Below, piece by piece: positions 41,500 through 50,338 of a stretch of DNA of 64,000 nt (the first letter of the stretch is position 1; every line of letters begins with the position of its first letter). Where the stretch lies: contig JAZSIK010000003.1 in the NCBI GenBank assembly GCA_045533775.1, positions 468 through 64,467 of the forward strand. The letters are read 5' to 3'. Below the pieces are notes generated by a model that was given only the letters and a program-made list of their open reading frames with translations, was not told where the DNA came from and searched no databases. Origin of the DNA: Eubacteriales bacterium (lineage in GTDB: Bacteria; Bacillota; Clostridia; Oscillospirales; CAG-272). Both the position numbers and the translations under genes were made by a program.

Positions 41500-44400
41500 T
41501 TACTGAATAGCTGCCATATAGCCCTCGGGGGCAGACTCAAGGTTTACTCTGAAGTCGTCAATAACGAAGCAGCCGTAAGGACCGTTGTTTGTATCATCCA
41601 CTACTCTGAAGTAGAAGTCTGCACTCTCGCCGGTGTACTGATAGAAGTAGGAATAAAGCTGGGTGTTTACTTTATCCGCGGGCTCGTTATAGAAGGTAGC
41701 AATTACAGTACCGTCGGCTCTTACGAGCTCAATGCGTACCTCACGCTTGCCTGCAGCACCGAACTTGAAGGATACAAATCCATTCTTCTTGAGGGTGAAG
41801 GTAGAGCTGGTGAGAGTACCTCTGCTGCTTTCACAGTTTTCTACATCATTGGGCTTAACGAAGGTCATAAGATATACGCCGTCTTTTCTATCGTTGTTGG
41901 GAGTATACCAATCTGCCGAATGCTCAGAGCTTATTACATGACCTAAGGTATTGTGAGCTCCTGCCTCGGTGATATTCATATTCCAACCGTCAAGGTTACC
42001 GGTCTCAAAGCTACCGTTTACAATATTATAGCTGCCGTTGTATATGTTGTTTGCAGTAATAGCGCCCTCGGGTAATGCCTTGCCCTCAGAATAGTAGGTC
42101 ACAACATTATCAAAGGATACGCAGCCCCAACCGGAAGATGCATAGTCAACAACCTGAACTCTTGCGAATATACCCTTATTTGCATATGCAGAGAGATCTG
42201 CAACATACTGGATAAGGACAGCTTCCTGCTGTGCTTGCTGATGATATCTTGCGAGAACCTCGCCGGTAGCCACATTAACTATCTGAATGTAGCACTGGTC
42301 GCTGCCGCCGCCGCCAAGCATGAAGGAAATGTAACCTGTGCCGCCGATCTCAAAGATAGAGCTGCTGAGCACACCGCGGTTACCCTCTCTCATTGTATCA
42401 GCGCCGTTACTCTCTACACCGGTGAAGAGGAAATCACCGTGCTTGCCATAGGGCTTGTTCTCTGCCCAATAGCCGTTTGCATTTGTAACGAGACCGATCT
42501 CACCCTGGTTCCACCAGCCCTGAACGTCGCCCATCTCAAAGCCGCCGTTGAACAGGTCGTAAATGGTGCCGGGAAGCTGGTAATCTGCTGCGGTTGCTGC
42601 GTTGAAGCCCTCGGGCTCGTTCTCATAGTAAGTAACGAAGCTGTCCGCGAAGAAGAGGCCGTAGCCGCTATCTGCGTTATCGCTGATGCGGAAGAATACT
42701 TCCTTGCCCTTGAAGGCGGAGAGGTCTGCCTTATAAGCAACGAGCTTACAGCCGCTAAGATCTGCCTCTACCCAAAGACCGTTGTAGAAGCGGGCGAGTA
42801 TCTGCTTTGTCTCTGCGTCAACTACATCTACATAGACATAGTTCTTGTCTCTCATTGCGCCAACCTTGAAGGTTACGAAGCCGCTACCGCCAACCTTGAA
42901 GCTGGAGGAGGTAAGAGTACCAACCGCAGCCTCTGTTGCGCCGGGTGCATATGCGGAGAACATCTTGTCACCGTCAAGACCGAACTCAATCTGTTCTGCC
43001 CAATAGGTTCTGTCAGAGCTTATGCCGCCGATGTTACCAACCTGAGTCCAGCCCTCAAGACCGTTCTCAAAGCCGCCGTTCTCAAGTCTGTATTCGGTGC
43101 TATCCTTAAGGTTAAGCTTATAGGTGTAAGAAATTGTGCCTGCCTCACCGTTTGCAGTATAGGAAACGGTTACGGTAAAGCTTACCTCGGTAGCCTCATC
43201 GGTGTACTTACCGAAGGTATGAGTGTAGGTAGAGCCGGAGATTGCATTTCCGTTTACGGAATATGCAAGAGGAAGCTTGCCGGAGTTGTCAATATTCTCG
43301 GAGAAGTCAATGGTGATATCTGTCTTGTTGTCAAGCTCAAAGATATCGTAGTTCTTAGTGATTTCGCTCTCATATACGACGGGAGCAAGATCGTTGGAGA
43401 TCTGAACTGTCAGATCAACGGTGAGCTTTGCCTCGCCCTTATAAGAAACGGTGATAGATACGGTCGCCTCGGTAGCCTGGCTCACTGTACCTGCGGTAAG
43501 AGTGAACTTGCCGCCTGCAACAGAGCCGCAGGTCACGAAGGGATTCATTGTCTGAACCTGATAGGTGATGCCGCTAAGACCGTTGGTGTTGATGTAATCG
43601 GCAAGAACGATGTCTCTGGTTTTGCCGGATACGAGTCTGATAGTCTTGTTAGCACCGGCAACCTCCTCAACGATTCTTACCTCAAGGGCAAGACGGGCAT
43701 CGGTAAGAGCCGCGGTAGCCGCGTCAACGGTTGCCTGGGTTACTGCGATATCAGAAAGGAGAGCCTGTGCCTCGGCAAATCTTGCGCGATATGCCTCGTA
43801 GGAAGCGAGAGTGTAGTCACCCTGCTCTGCGATCTCAAGAGCAAGCTCTGCCACAAGAGCGTCCTTGTTTGCAAGGAGATTCTCTGCGAGAATTGCGCCC
43901 TCGGGAAGCTTGTCGGAGGACTCATAATAGGTGATGAGCTCGTCAAAGAATACAACGCCCCAGCCCGCAGATGCGTGGTCGTGGATTACGAATCTGATCT
44001 GCTGTCCTGCGAAGGCAGTAAGATCAATCTTATAGGTTACGAGGTTTGCAAGGAAGACTTCCTTACCAATAAGCTCGCGCTTCTGATCAACGCTGAGAGC
44101 ATTGTGCTCAGCGGTAAAGTCAGCGAACCTGGTGTTGCGGTAAAGTGCGAGCACCTCGCCGTCCTCGTTCTCAATTGTGATATAAACATTGTGGTTTCCG
44201 CCACCGCCAAGCATATATGTAGCATAATCGCTGTTTACGGTGAAGAGGGAGGATGCCAGAGTACCCTGAGACGCCTCGTTGGAATCGGAGGCATAGGATG
44301 CGAAGTACTTACCTACGTTGAATATGGGATAGCCCTCGCCCCAGAAGGTAGCCTTATCATCGGCACCGCCGAAGTGAGCATCACCGGAAATGTCAACACG

Positions 44401-47400
44401 GTTCCAGCCCTCAAGGTCCTTGTTAAAGCTCTCGTTCTCAACTCTGTACGCGCTTGTGTCGTAAAGACCGAGCTTCAGAGTATACTCAAGAGTCTGTGCC
44501 TCACCGTTTACGCTGAAGGAAATGGTTACGGTGTAGGTCTCATAAACGGTATTCTCGTTATAGTCACCAAGAGCAAGTGTGTAAGAGGTGCCGTCAAGTG
44601 TAAGCTCCTCCTCACCGCGCTTTACGGAATAAGCAAGCTCAAGGTTGCTGATATTATTTACGTTTGCTGCAAAATCAAGTACAAGGCTGTCCTTGTTATC
44701 AAGATAGTAGATATCGTGAACGCGGTCAATCTCAGCAGAGTTAAGCTTGGGTGCTACCTCTCTGATCGCGCCGCACTCGTTACAGCTTGTGTCGGTGTCA
44801 TCGTCATACTTATGACCCTCGGTCGCTCTCTCTGCATCACAGATGTTACACTTAGCGTCACAGGCGTTGTCGTAAACGTGATTGCCTACCTCTCTCTCTG
44901 CATCACAGATGTTACACTTAGCGTCGCAATCGTTGTCATATACGTGATCGCCTACTTTTCTCTCTGCCTGACAGATATTACACTTAGCGTCGCAGGCGTT
45001 GTCGTATACGTGATCGCCTACTTCTCTCTCGGTGCTGCATACGTTACAGTCTGCATCACAAGCGTGGTCATACTTATGGCCTGCTGCATCTATATAATCG
45101 GCAACCTTGGATGTACTACATACCGAACAGGTATAGGTGGTATAGCCCTGCTCTGTACAGGTGGGAGCGGTCACCTTGGACTCAAAGGAGTGACCGTTTG
45201 CATTTACATAGGAATCCTTGTAGCTGTCGCCGCAAGCCGAGCAGGTATGGGTGGTATAGCCCTGCTCAAGACAGGTGGGAGCGGTTACCTCGGATACGTA
45301 GCTATGATCCTTCGCTTCTACATAGGAATCAACTACAACATAGTCACACTTGGTACAGCTGTGGGTGGTATAGCCCTGCTCTGTACAGGTGGGAGCGGTC
45401 ACAACAGAGTTATAGGAGTGACCCTGGCTCTTAATAGTCTCACGCTTGGTTGCGCCACATACGCAAGCAAGAACATAATAACCGTCCTCGGTACAGGTAG
45501 CCTCTACCCTCTCGGTTTCGGTGGTATAGTCGTGATCGGCAAGATCTGCCTTGGCACCGCAAGAGCAAGCGTGCCAGTGCTGAGTATCGGTCACTTTCCA
45601 ATCCTTGGAATAGCTATGACCGGGTGCGGGAATAGGAACAGACTTGGTCGCGCCACACTCACACTCCAGGATATAGTAGCCCTCTGCGGTACAGGTAGGC
45701 TCCTTTCTGCCTGTCTCATTGGTGAAGGCGTGGTCGGATACATCGGATCTTGCACCGCAAGCGGTACAAGCGTGCCAGTGCTGGGTCTCACCCTTGGTAA
45801 GCTCCTCGGAATAGCTGTGATCCAGCATAGGAATAACCTTCTGCTCAACGAGGGTCTCGTTACATACAGAGCACTTCTTACCCTCGGTCTTACCCTCCTC
45901 GGTACAGCTGGGCTCTGATGCAGCGAGAATCTGCTCGGTGTGTCCCTTTGCGTCCAATTCGGTGGGCTTAACGATAACGGCACCACAGGTATAGCACTTA
46001 ACGCCCTCGGTAGCACCCTTCTCGGTACAGGTGGGAGCTACTGCGGGGATCTTAACCTGGTTCTTATGACCGGTTGCGGGAATAACCTTCTGAGCAACTA
46101 TGGTATCGCCGCAGATCTTACAGTTAGTACCTGCCTCAAGGCCTGCCTCAGTACAGGTAGGAGCCTTGCCGGGAACGCTTACAGTCTCGGCGTGCAGACA
46201 AGCTCTCTCTGTGTTACATACATTACAGATCAGGTCGGAATCGTTGTCATAGGTGTGAGCAGCCTTGGGAATAGAGGTCTGAGCGATGAATGTCTCACCG
46301 CACTCAAAGCAATACTTACCCTCGGTCTTACCCTCCTTGATACAGGTAGCCTCCTCAGCCTCAAGAATACGAATGTCGTGATCCTGAACGGGAATAACCT
46401 CCTGCGCCAGAAGCTCAGCGTTACATACAGAGCACTTCTTACCGTCGGTAAGACCTGTAGCGCTACAGGAAGCAGGCTTGCCGGGAATAACGCTCTCGGT
46501 ATGACCAAGCGCAGCAACAATCTCCTGAGCTACGATAACCTCTTTACATACGGAGCAGTGCTTACCGCTGCTAAGACCTGTTTCAGTACAGGTGGGAGCT
46601 ACTGCCGCGACGGTAACCTCGGTATGTGCCTTCTTTGCAATGGTCTCGGTCTTTCTGGAAACCTCCTCGCCACATACGGAGCAATAAACTACATTCTCAT
46701 AAGAACCCTCTGCAGAGCAGGTAGAATCCTTAATATTTTCCTTTACAACAACAGAGTTTATGTGGCCCTTTGCCTTTATAGTCTCCTGAGGGTCGGTAAC
46801 GGTGTTACAAACTGTACACTGCTTACCCTCGGTAAGACCTGTCTCGGTACAGGTAGGAGCTACTGCGGAAAGAGTTTTCTCGCTATGGCCCTTTGCCTTT
46901 ATAGTCTCCTGAGGAACGGTAACGATGTTACAAACTGTACACTGCTTACCCTCGGTAAGACCTGCTTCGGTACAGGTAGCCGCCTTGCCTGCAAGAGTTT
47001 TCTCGCTGTGGCCCTTTGCCGTTATAGTCTCCTGAGGAACGGTAACGGTGTTACAAACTGTACACTGCTTACCCTCGGTAAGACCTGTCTCGGTACAGGT
47101 AGCTGCCTTGCCTGCAAGAGTCTTCTCGCTATGTCCTGTTGCCGCTACCTCATCATCCTTGTAGCTGTCACCACAAACAGAGCAGGTATATGTGGTATAT
47201 CCGCCCTCGGTACAGGTGGGAGCGGTAACGGTGGGAGCATACTTATGTCCCAGAGCATCAACGCTCTCGGGCTCTACAAGAACTACCTCACAGTCCTTAC
47301 ACCTCTCACCCTCGGTGAGACCTGCGGTAGCACAGGTGGGTGCTACGGCAGGAATAATCTCTTTGTTGGTATGACGGCAATCTGCATCGCGAACATAGTC

Positions 47401-47826
47401 ACAGCCCTCGTTGTTACAGGTTGCGTCATAGTTGTCATCAAACTTGTGTCCTGTTGCGTCAACAGGCTGCTGAGCGGTCAGCACTGTGCCACAGGCAGAG
47501 CACTTCTTACCCTCGGTAAGACCTGCCTCGGTACAAGTGGGAGCTTTTGCTGCCAGAGTTTCCTCGGTGTGAGGAAGCTTTGCAACTGGCTCGGTATAAG
47601 TGGGCTTGTCACAGCCCTCAACCGAACAGGTAAATGTCTTTACGCCCTCCTCGGTACAGGTGGGAGCCTTGGTTATCTCCTCGCTGTATGCGTGGGTGTG
47701 TGTGTCGCCTGCGCCGCCGTCACCTGTGCCGTTATCGGGCTTGGTGAAAAGATCACAGCCAACAATTGCCATCACAAGAGAAGAGATTAATAAGACTAAA
47801 GCTATTCTAAGAAATACTTTTTTCAT
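41500..47826 (-). CDS. 2108-aa surface lipoprotein: array of about 980 aa of Cys3-His mini-modules followed by Ig-like/FIVAR-like domains and 4 NGxFE modules
   Basis: RBS AAGGAGAG and lipobox MAIVGC. Repeated PTCTE.G.TEGK.C..C...GH modules, and a C-terminal half collinear with the 1319-aa protein. Confidence 0.8.
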   Translation of the reverse strand: MKKVFLRIALVLLISSLVMAIVGCDLFTKPDNGTGDGGAGDTHTHAYSEEITKAPTCTEEGVKTFTCSVEGCDKPTYTEPVAKLPHTEETLAAKAPTCTEAGLTEGKKCSACGTVLTAQQPVDATGHKFDDNYDATCNNEGCDYVRDADCRHTNKEIIPAVAPTCATAGLTEGERCKDCEVVLVEPESVDALGHKYAPTVTAPTCTEGGYTTYTCSVCGDSYKDDEVAATGHSEKTLAGKAATCTETGLTEGKQCTVCNTVTVPQETITAKGHSEKTLAGKAATCTEAGLTEGKQCTVCNIVTVPQETIKAKGHSEKTLSAVAPTCTETGLTEGKQCTVCNTVTDPQETIKAKGHINSVVVKENIKDSTCSAEGSYENVVYCSVCGEEVSRKTETIAKKAHTEVTVAAVAPTCTETGLSSGKHCSVCKEVIVAQEIVAALGHTESVIPGKPASCSATGLTDGKKCSVCNAELLAQEVIPVQDHDIRILEAEEATCIKEGKTEGKYCFECGETFIAQTSIPKAAHTYDNDSDLICNVCNTERACLHAETVSVPGKAPTCTEAGLEAGTNCKICGDTIVAQKVIPATGHKNQVKIPAVAPTCTEKGATEGVKCYTCGAVIVKPTELDAKGHTEQILAASEPSCTEEGKTEGKKCSVCNETLVEQKVIPMLDHSYSEELTKGETQHWHACTACGARSDVSDHAFTNETGRKEPTCTAEGYYILECECGATKSVPIPAPGHSYSKDWKVTDTQHWHACSCGAKADLADHDYTTETERVEATCTEDGYYVLACVCGATKRETIKSQGHSYNSVVTAPTCTEQGYTTHSCTKCDYVVVDSYVEAKDHSYVSEVTAPTCLEQGYTTHTCSACGDSYKDSYVNANGHSFESKVTAPTCTEQGYTTYTCSVCSTSKVADYIDAAGHKYDHACDADCNVCSTEREVGDHVYDNACDAKCNICQAERKVGDHVYDNDCDAKCNICDAEREVGNHVYDNACDAKCNICDAERATEGHKYDDDTDTSCNECGAIREVAPKLNSAEIDRVHDIYYLDNKDSLVLDFAANVNNISNLELAYSVKRGEEELTLDGTSYTLALGDYNENTVYETYTVTISFSVNGEAQTLEYTLKLGLYDTSAYRVENESFNKDLEGWNRVDISGDAHFGGADDKATFWGEGYPIFNVGKYFASYASDSNEASQGTLASSLFTVNSDYATYMLGGGGNHNVYITIENEDGEVLALYRNTRFADFTAEHNALSVDQKRELIGKEVFLANLVTYKIDLTAFAGQQIRFVIHDHASAGWGVVFFDELITYYESSDKLPEGAILAENLLANKDALVAELALEIAEQGDYTLASYEAYRARFAEAQALLSDIAVTQATVDAATAALTDARLALEVRIVEEVAGANKTIRLVSGKTRDIVLADYINTNGLSGITYQVQTMNPFVTCGSVAGGKFTLTAGTVSQATEATVSITVSYKGEAKLTVDLTVQISNDLAPVVYESEITKNYDIFELDNKTDITIDFSENIDNSGKLPLAYSVNGNAISGSTYTHTFGKYTDEATEVSFTVTVSYTANGEAGTISYTYKLNLKDSTEYRLENGGFENGLEGWTQVGNIGGISSDRTYWAEQIEFGLDGDKMFSAYAPGATEAAVGTLTSSSFKVGGSGFVTFKVGAMRDKNYVYVDVVDAETKQILARFYNGLWVEADLSGCKLVAYKADLSAFKGKEVFFRISDNADSGYGLFFADSFVTYYENEPEGFNAATAADYQLPGTIYDLFNGGFEMGDVQGWWNQGEIGLVTNANGYWAENKPYGKHGDFLFTGVESNGADTMREGNRGVLSSSIFEIGGTGYISFMLGGGGSDQCYIQIVNVATGEVLARYHQQAQQEAVLIQYVADLSAYANKGIFARVQVVDYASSGWGCVSFDNVVTYYSEGKALPEGAITANNIYNGSYNIVNGSFETGNLDGWNMNITEAGAHNTLGHVISSEHSADWYTPNNDRKDGVYLMTFVKPNDVENCESSRGTLTSSTFTLKKNGFVSFKFGAAGKREVRIELVRADGTVIATFYNEPADKVNTQLYSYFYQYTGESADFYFRVVDDTNNGPYGCFVIDDFRVNLESAPEGYMAAIQ
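44758..45084 (-). repeat. Five in-frame 66-bp (22-aa) tandem repeats
   Basis: The GDHVYDNACDAKCNICQAERKV-type unit occurs about five times (aa 915-1023). The three central copies are nearly identical. Confidence 0.85.
46768..47136 (-). repeat. Three near-identical in-frame 123-bp (41-aa) tandem repeats
   Basis: They encode GHSEKTLAGKAATCTE(T/A)GLTEGKQCTVCN(T/I)VTVPQETI(T/K)AK three times (aa 231-353). The DNA copies differ at only a few positions. Confidence 0.85.
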
Positions 47827-47845
47827 TTTGCTCTCCTTCGGTTAA

Positions 47846-50329
47846 TTAATTGATTTTATTTTCAATCAGAGTTGCCTCGGGCAAATCCTCAACTGATTTA
47901 TAATGAGTGATAAAGCTGTCTACCGCAAGGCATCCCCAGTCTGCAGACGCATTGTCAACCACTCTGATGTAAACATTTGTTCCCATAAACGCGCTAAGAT
48001 CAGCCTTGAACAGGAACATACGGCCCTCGTTGTGACCCTCGTTATCGTTGTGGTATTTCGCTATCACAAGATCGGTATCTGCATCAACTATCTCAATGTA
48101 GCACTCGGGATTATAGCCACCGCCGAGCTTGAAGGTGATGAAGCCCGAGCCGCCGATGGTGAATGTGGAGCTGGTAAGGCTGCCGTGAGCTGCCTCCATA
48201 CTGCCCATTACATCCTCAATACCTGTAAAGAGATATCTGCCGTCCTTGTTATAGGGCTTATCCGCGTTCTTCCAGAAAACATCCTGGCCGGATACATAGC
48301 CAATCTCTGTGGTGCCGCTGGTTTTGTTGAGTGTCCAGCCGGTGAGATCGCCACTCTCAAAGTCGCCGTTAAGAACCTGATAAGGATCGTTCTCACCAAG
48401 CAAGGTGTCGGGCTTGGGCTGGGGCTTGATGTCCACAGCCTCATTTGCCTTTGCGGGTACGCTCACACCGTCCTTGTAGTAGGTTACGAAGCTGTCCACG
48501 GTGATAAGACCCCAACCGGAGGAGGCGTTATCTACCACGCGGATCTTCAGGCTTCTGCCCATAAACTCGGACAGATCTGCCTTATACATAACCATATTTG
48601 CAAGGTTACTGCCGTTGTTGATTATACCAATGCCCTTGTCGTTGAAGAGTCTGTTTGCATAGCGTGCCAGCTCCTCCTCGGTCTCGGCATCAATTATAGA
48701 AATATAGCACTCAAGGGGATTTCCGCCGCCGCCGAGCATAAATGTGATGTAGCCCGAGCCACCAACGGTAAATGCGGAGCTGGTCAGAGTACCTCTGCCT
48801 GCCTCGTCGGAAATACCGGAGAACAGATATGCGCCCTTCTTGTTATAAGGAAGGTTCTCTGCCCACCAGCCGGTAGCGTTTGTTACCTGGCCGATCTTAT
48901 CTCCGCCGGTTGTCCAGCCTGTAAGGTCGCCTGTCTCAAAGCCGCCGTTTGCTATCTGGAACTCGTTCTCAATCATAATATCGGGCTCATACTTAACAAG
49001 GAAGGACTCGCTGTCAATCCAGAGAGGCTTCTCCTCCCAGTAGGTCTGAACGCTGTCAAGAACGATACAGCCAAGCTCCTCGTTTGAGGGGTTGGCATCT
49101 ACTACCTCAATATACATAGTCTCGCCGATGTATGCTGAGAAGTCTGCATAATACTGTACCATATTTAGAAGGCGCATTCCGTTCTGAACATAGGGGAACT
49201 GGTAGTTCCAATACTTGAAGTTGGAGTATCTCGCTACCTCTACTGCCTCGTCGCCCTGCTTTACCATAAATCTCAGGTAGGTCTTGCTGTTATCAGAGCA
49301 GCCACCCAGCTTGTAGCTGATGTAGCCCGAGCCGCCGAGAACGAACTCGGAGGAGCGCATAACGCCTGTGGCAGAGGGCATATACTTGCCGTAATGATAA
49401 TCTCCGTCGCGGGAATAGGTAATGTTCTCATTCCACCAGACGCTCTCGGTATTTACACCCTCGTTGGAGAAGGCGTCACCCTCAACGACAGTCCAGCCCG
49501 CCAGCGAGCCGCACTCAAAGCCGCCGTTTGCGATCTCATACTGCGAGGGAGCCTCAACCTCGGTCACATAATCTGTCACCTTAGTGAAGAATGTACCCTC
49601 CGCCTGAGATTCTCCGCCGTCGCCTATTCTGATATCGTCTACTGCGATGTAGCCGTAGTAATAGCTCTCGTCGTTGTCTACTATTCTGATGTAGACCTCC
49701 TCGCCTGCATACTCGGACAGGTCAAGGTAATACTCATAGAAGTTGTCGGTATTATATACACCTGCGGCATATCTCTCGGGAATAATATACTCCTCGGTAT
49801 GCTCGTGGAAATACTCATTGGTCTGCATTGCGATCATCTTATCATTCTCTGCAAGATAGAATCCAACGAAGCAAAGTCTTTCCCTTGCCTTCTGAGGCGC
49901 GCCCGTGCCCTTGCCAACGGTGAGCGAGCCGCCAGCCAGCTTCAGACTTACCGTACCGTCCTGGGGAACGATAAAGCTCTCAGAACGGATAGCACCCGTT
50001 CTTGCGCCTGCGTACTTGCCGTGGTAGCCCTTACCTGTAAGGTACCAGTTGCCTGTGTGGTTGATGGAGAGGATGTTGTTGTTCGCATCATTCTCAAACA
50101 TAAAGGTCTTCTGAGAGGATACGCAGTCATCGTCAAAGGCATCTCCCCACTCAACAGTCCAGCCGGACAGATCAGCAGACTCAAAGCCGCCGTTCAACAG
50201 GGTGTCAACCGTACCGTCACCGGGCTGAGGCTTAGGATTATCAGGCTGATCGGGTTTGCAGCTGATCAATCCCGCGCACAAAAATATTACACATAAAATG
50301 CTTAAAAATATAGTTGTTATTTTACGCAT
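47846..50329 (-). CDS. 827-aa surface lipoprotein made of four NGxFE-type beta-sandwich modules
   Basis: RBS AAGGGGG and lipobox AGLISC. Modules start NGGFESADLSGW, NGGFECGSLAGW, NGGFETGDLTGW and NGDFESGDLTGW, and each ends ...R(I/V)VDN......G......D(D/S)(I/F/V).... Confidence 0.8.
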   Translation of the reverse strand: MRKITTIFLSILCVIFLCAGLISCKPDQPDNPKPQPGDGTVDTLLNGGFESADLSGWTVEWGDAFDDDCVSSQKTFMFENDANNNILSINHTGNWYLTGKGYHGKYAGARTGAIRSESFIVPQDGTVSLKLAGGSLTVGKGTGAPQKARERLCFVGFYLAENDKMIAMQTNEYFHEHTEEYIIPERYAAGVYNTDNFYEYYLDLSEYAGEEVYIRIVDNDESYYYGYIAVDDIRIGDGGESQAEGTFFTKVTDYVTEVEAPSQYEIANGGFECGSLAGWTVVEGDAFSNEGVNTESVWWNENITYSRDGDYHYGKYMPSATGVMRSSEFVLGGSGYISYKLGGCSDNSKTYLRFMVKQGDEAVEVARYSNFKYWNYQFPYVQNGMRLLNMVQYYADFSAYIGETMYIEVVDANPSNEELGCIVLDSVQTYWEEKPLWIDSESFLVKYEPDIMIENEFQIANGGFETGDLTGWTTGGDKIGQVTNATGWWAENLPYNKKGAYLFSGISDEAGRGTLTSSAFTVGGSGYITFMLGGGGNPLECYISIIDAETEEELARYANRLFNDKGIGIINNGSNLANMVMYKADLSEFMGRSLKIRVVDNASSGWGLITVDSFVTYYKDGVSVPAKANEAVDIKPQPKPDTLLGENDPYQVLNGDFESGDLTGWTLNKTSGTTEIGYVSGQDVFWKNADKPYNKDGRYLFTGIEDVMGSMEAAHGSLTSSTFTIGGSGFITFKLGGGYNPECYIEIVDADTDLVIAKYHNDNEGHNEGRMFLFKADLSAFMGTNVYIRVVDNASADWGCLAVDSFITHYKSVEDLPEATLIENKIN

Positions 50330-50338
50330 ATTGCCCCC

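Noticed and set aside
42235-45918. Very long plus-strand ORFs opposite the big minus-strand genes: 1227 aa here, plus 37889-40570 (893 aa), 45940-47790 (616 aa), 28106-29629 (507 aa), 54804-56093 (429 aa), 50594-51793, 34493-35683, 47903-49087, 17833-18876 and 58651-59574.
   Set aside because: Every one is in the codon-aligned antisense frame of a well-supported gene (the start offsets are multiples of 3). A stop in that frame requires a sense TTA, CTA or TCA codon, which these genes avoid. The predicted peptides are Leu/Gly/Cys/Val-rich low-complexity sequences with no RBS and no recognisable motifs. They are a codon-bias artefact, not overlapping genes.
46768-47136. The regular 123-bp tandem repeats here, and the 66-bp repeats at 44758-45084, could be mistaken for a CRISPR or other non-coding array.
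   Set aside because: The repeats are contiguous with no unique spacers and are in frame within a 2108-aa ORF. They encode whole protein modules, and no cas genes are present.
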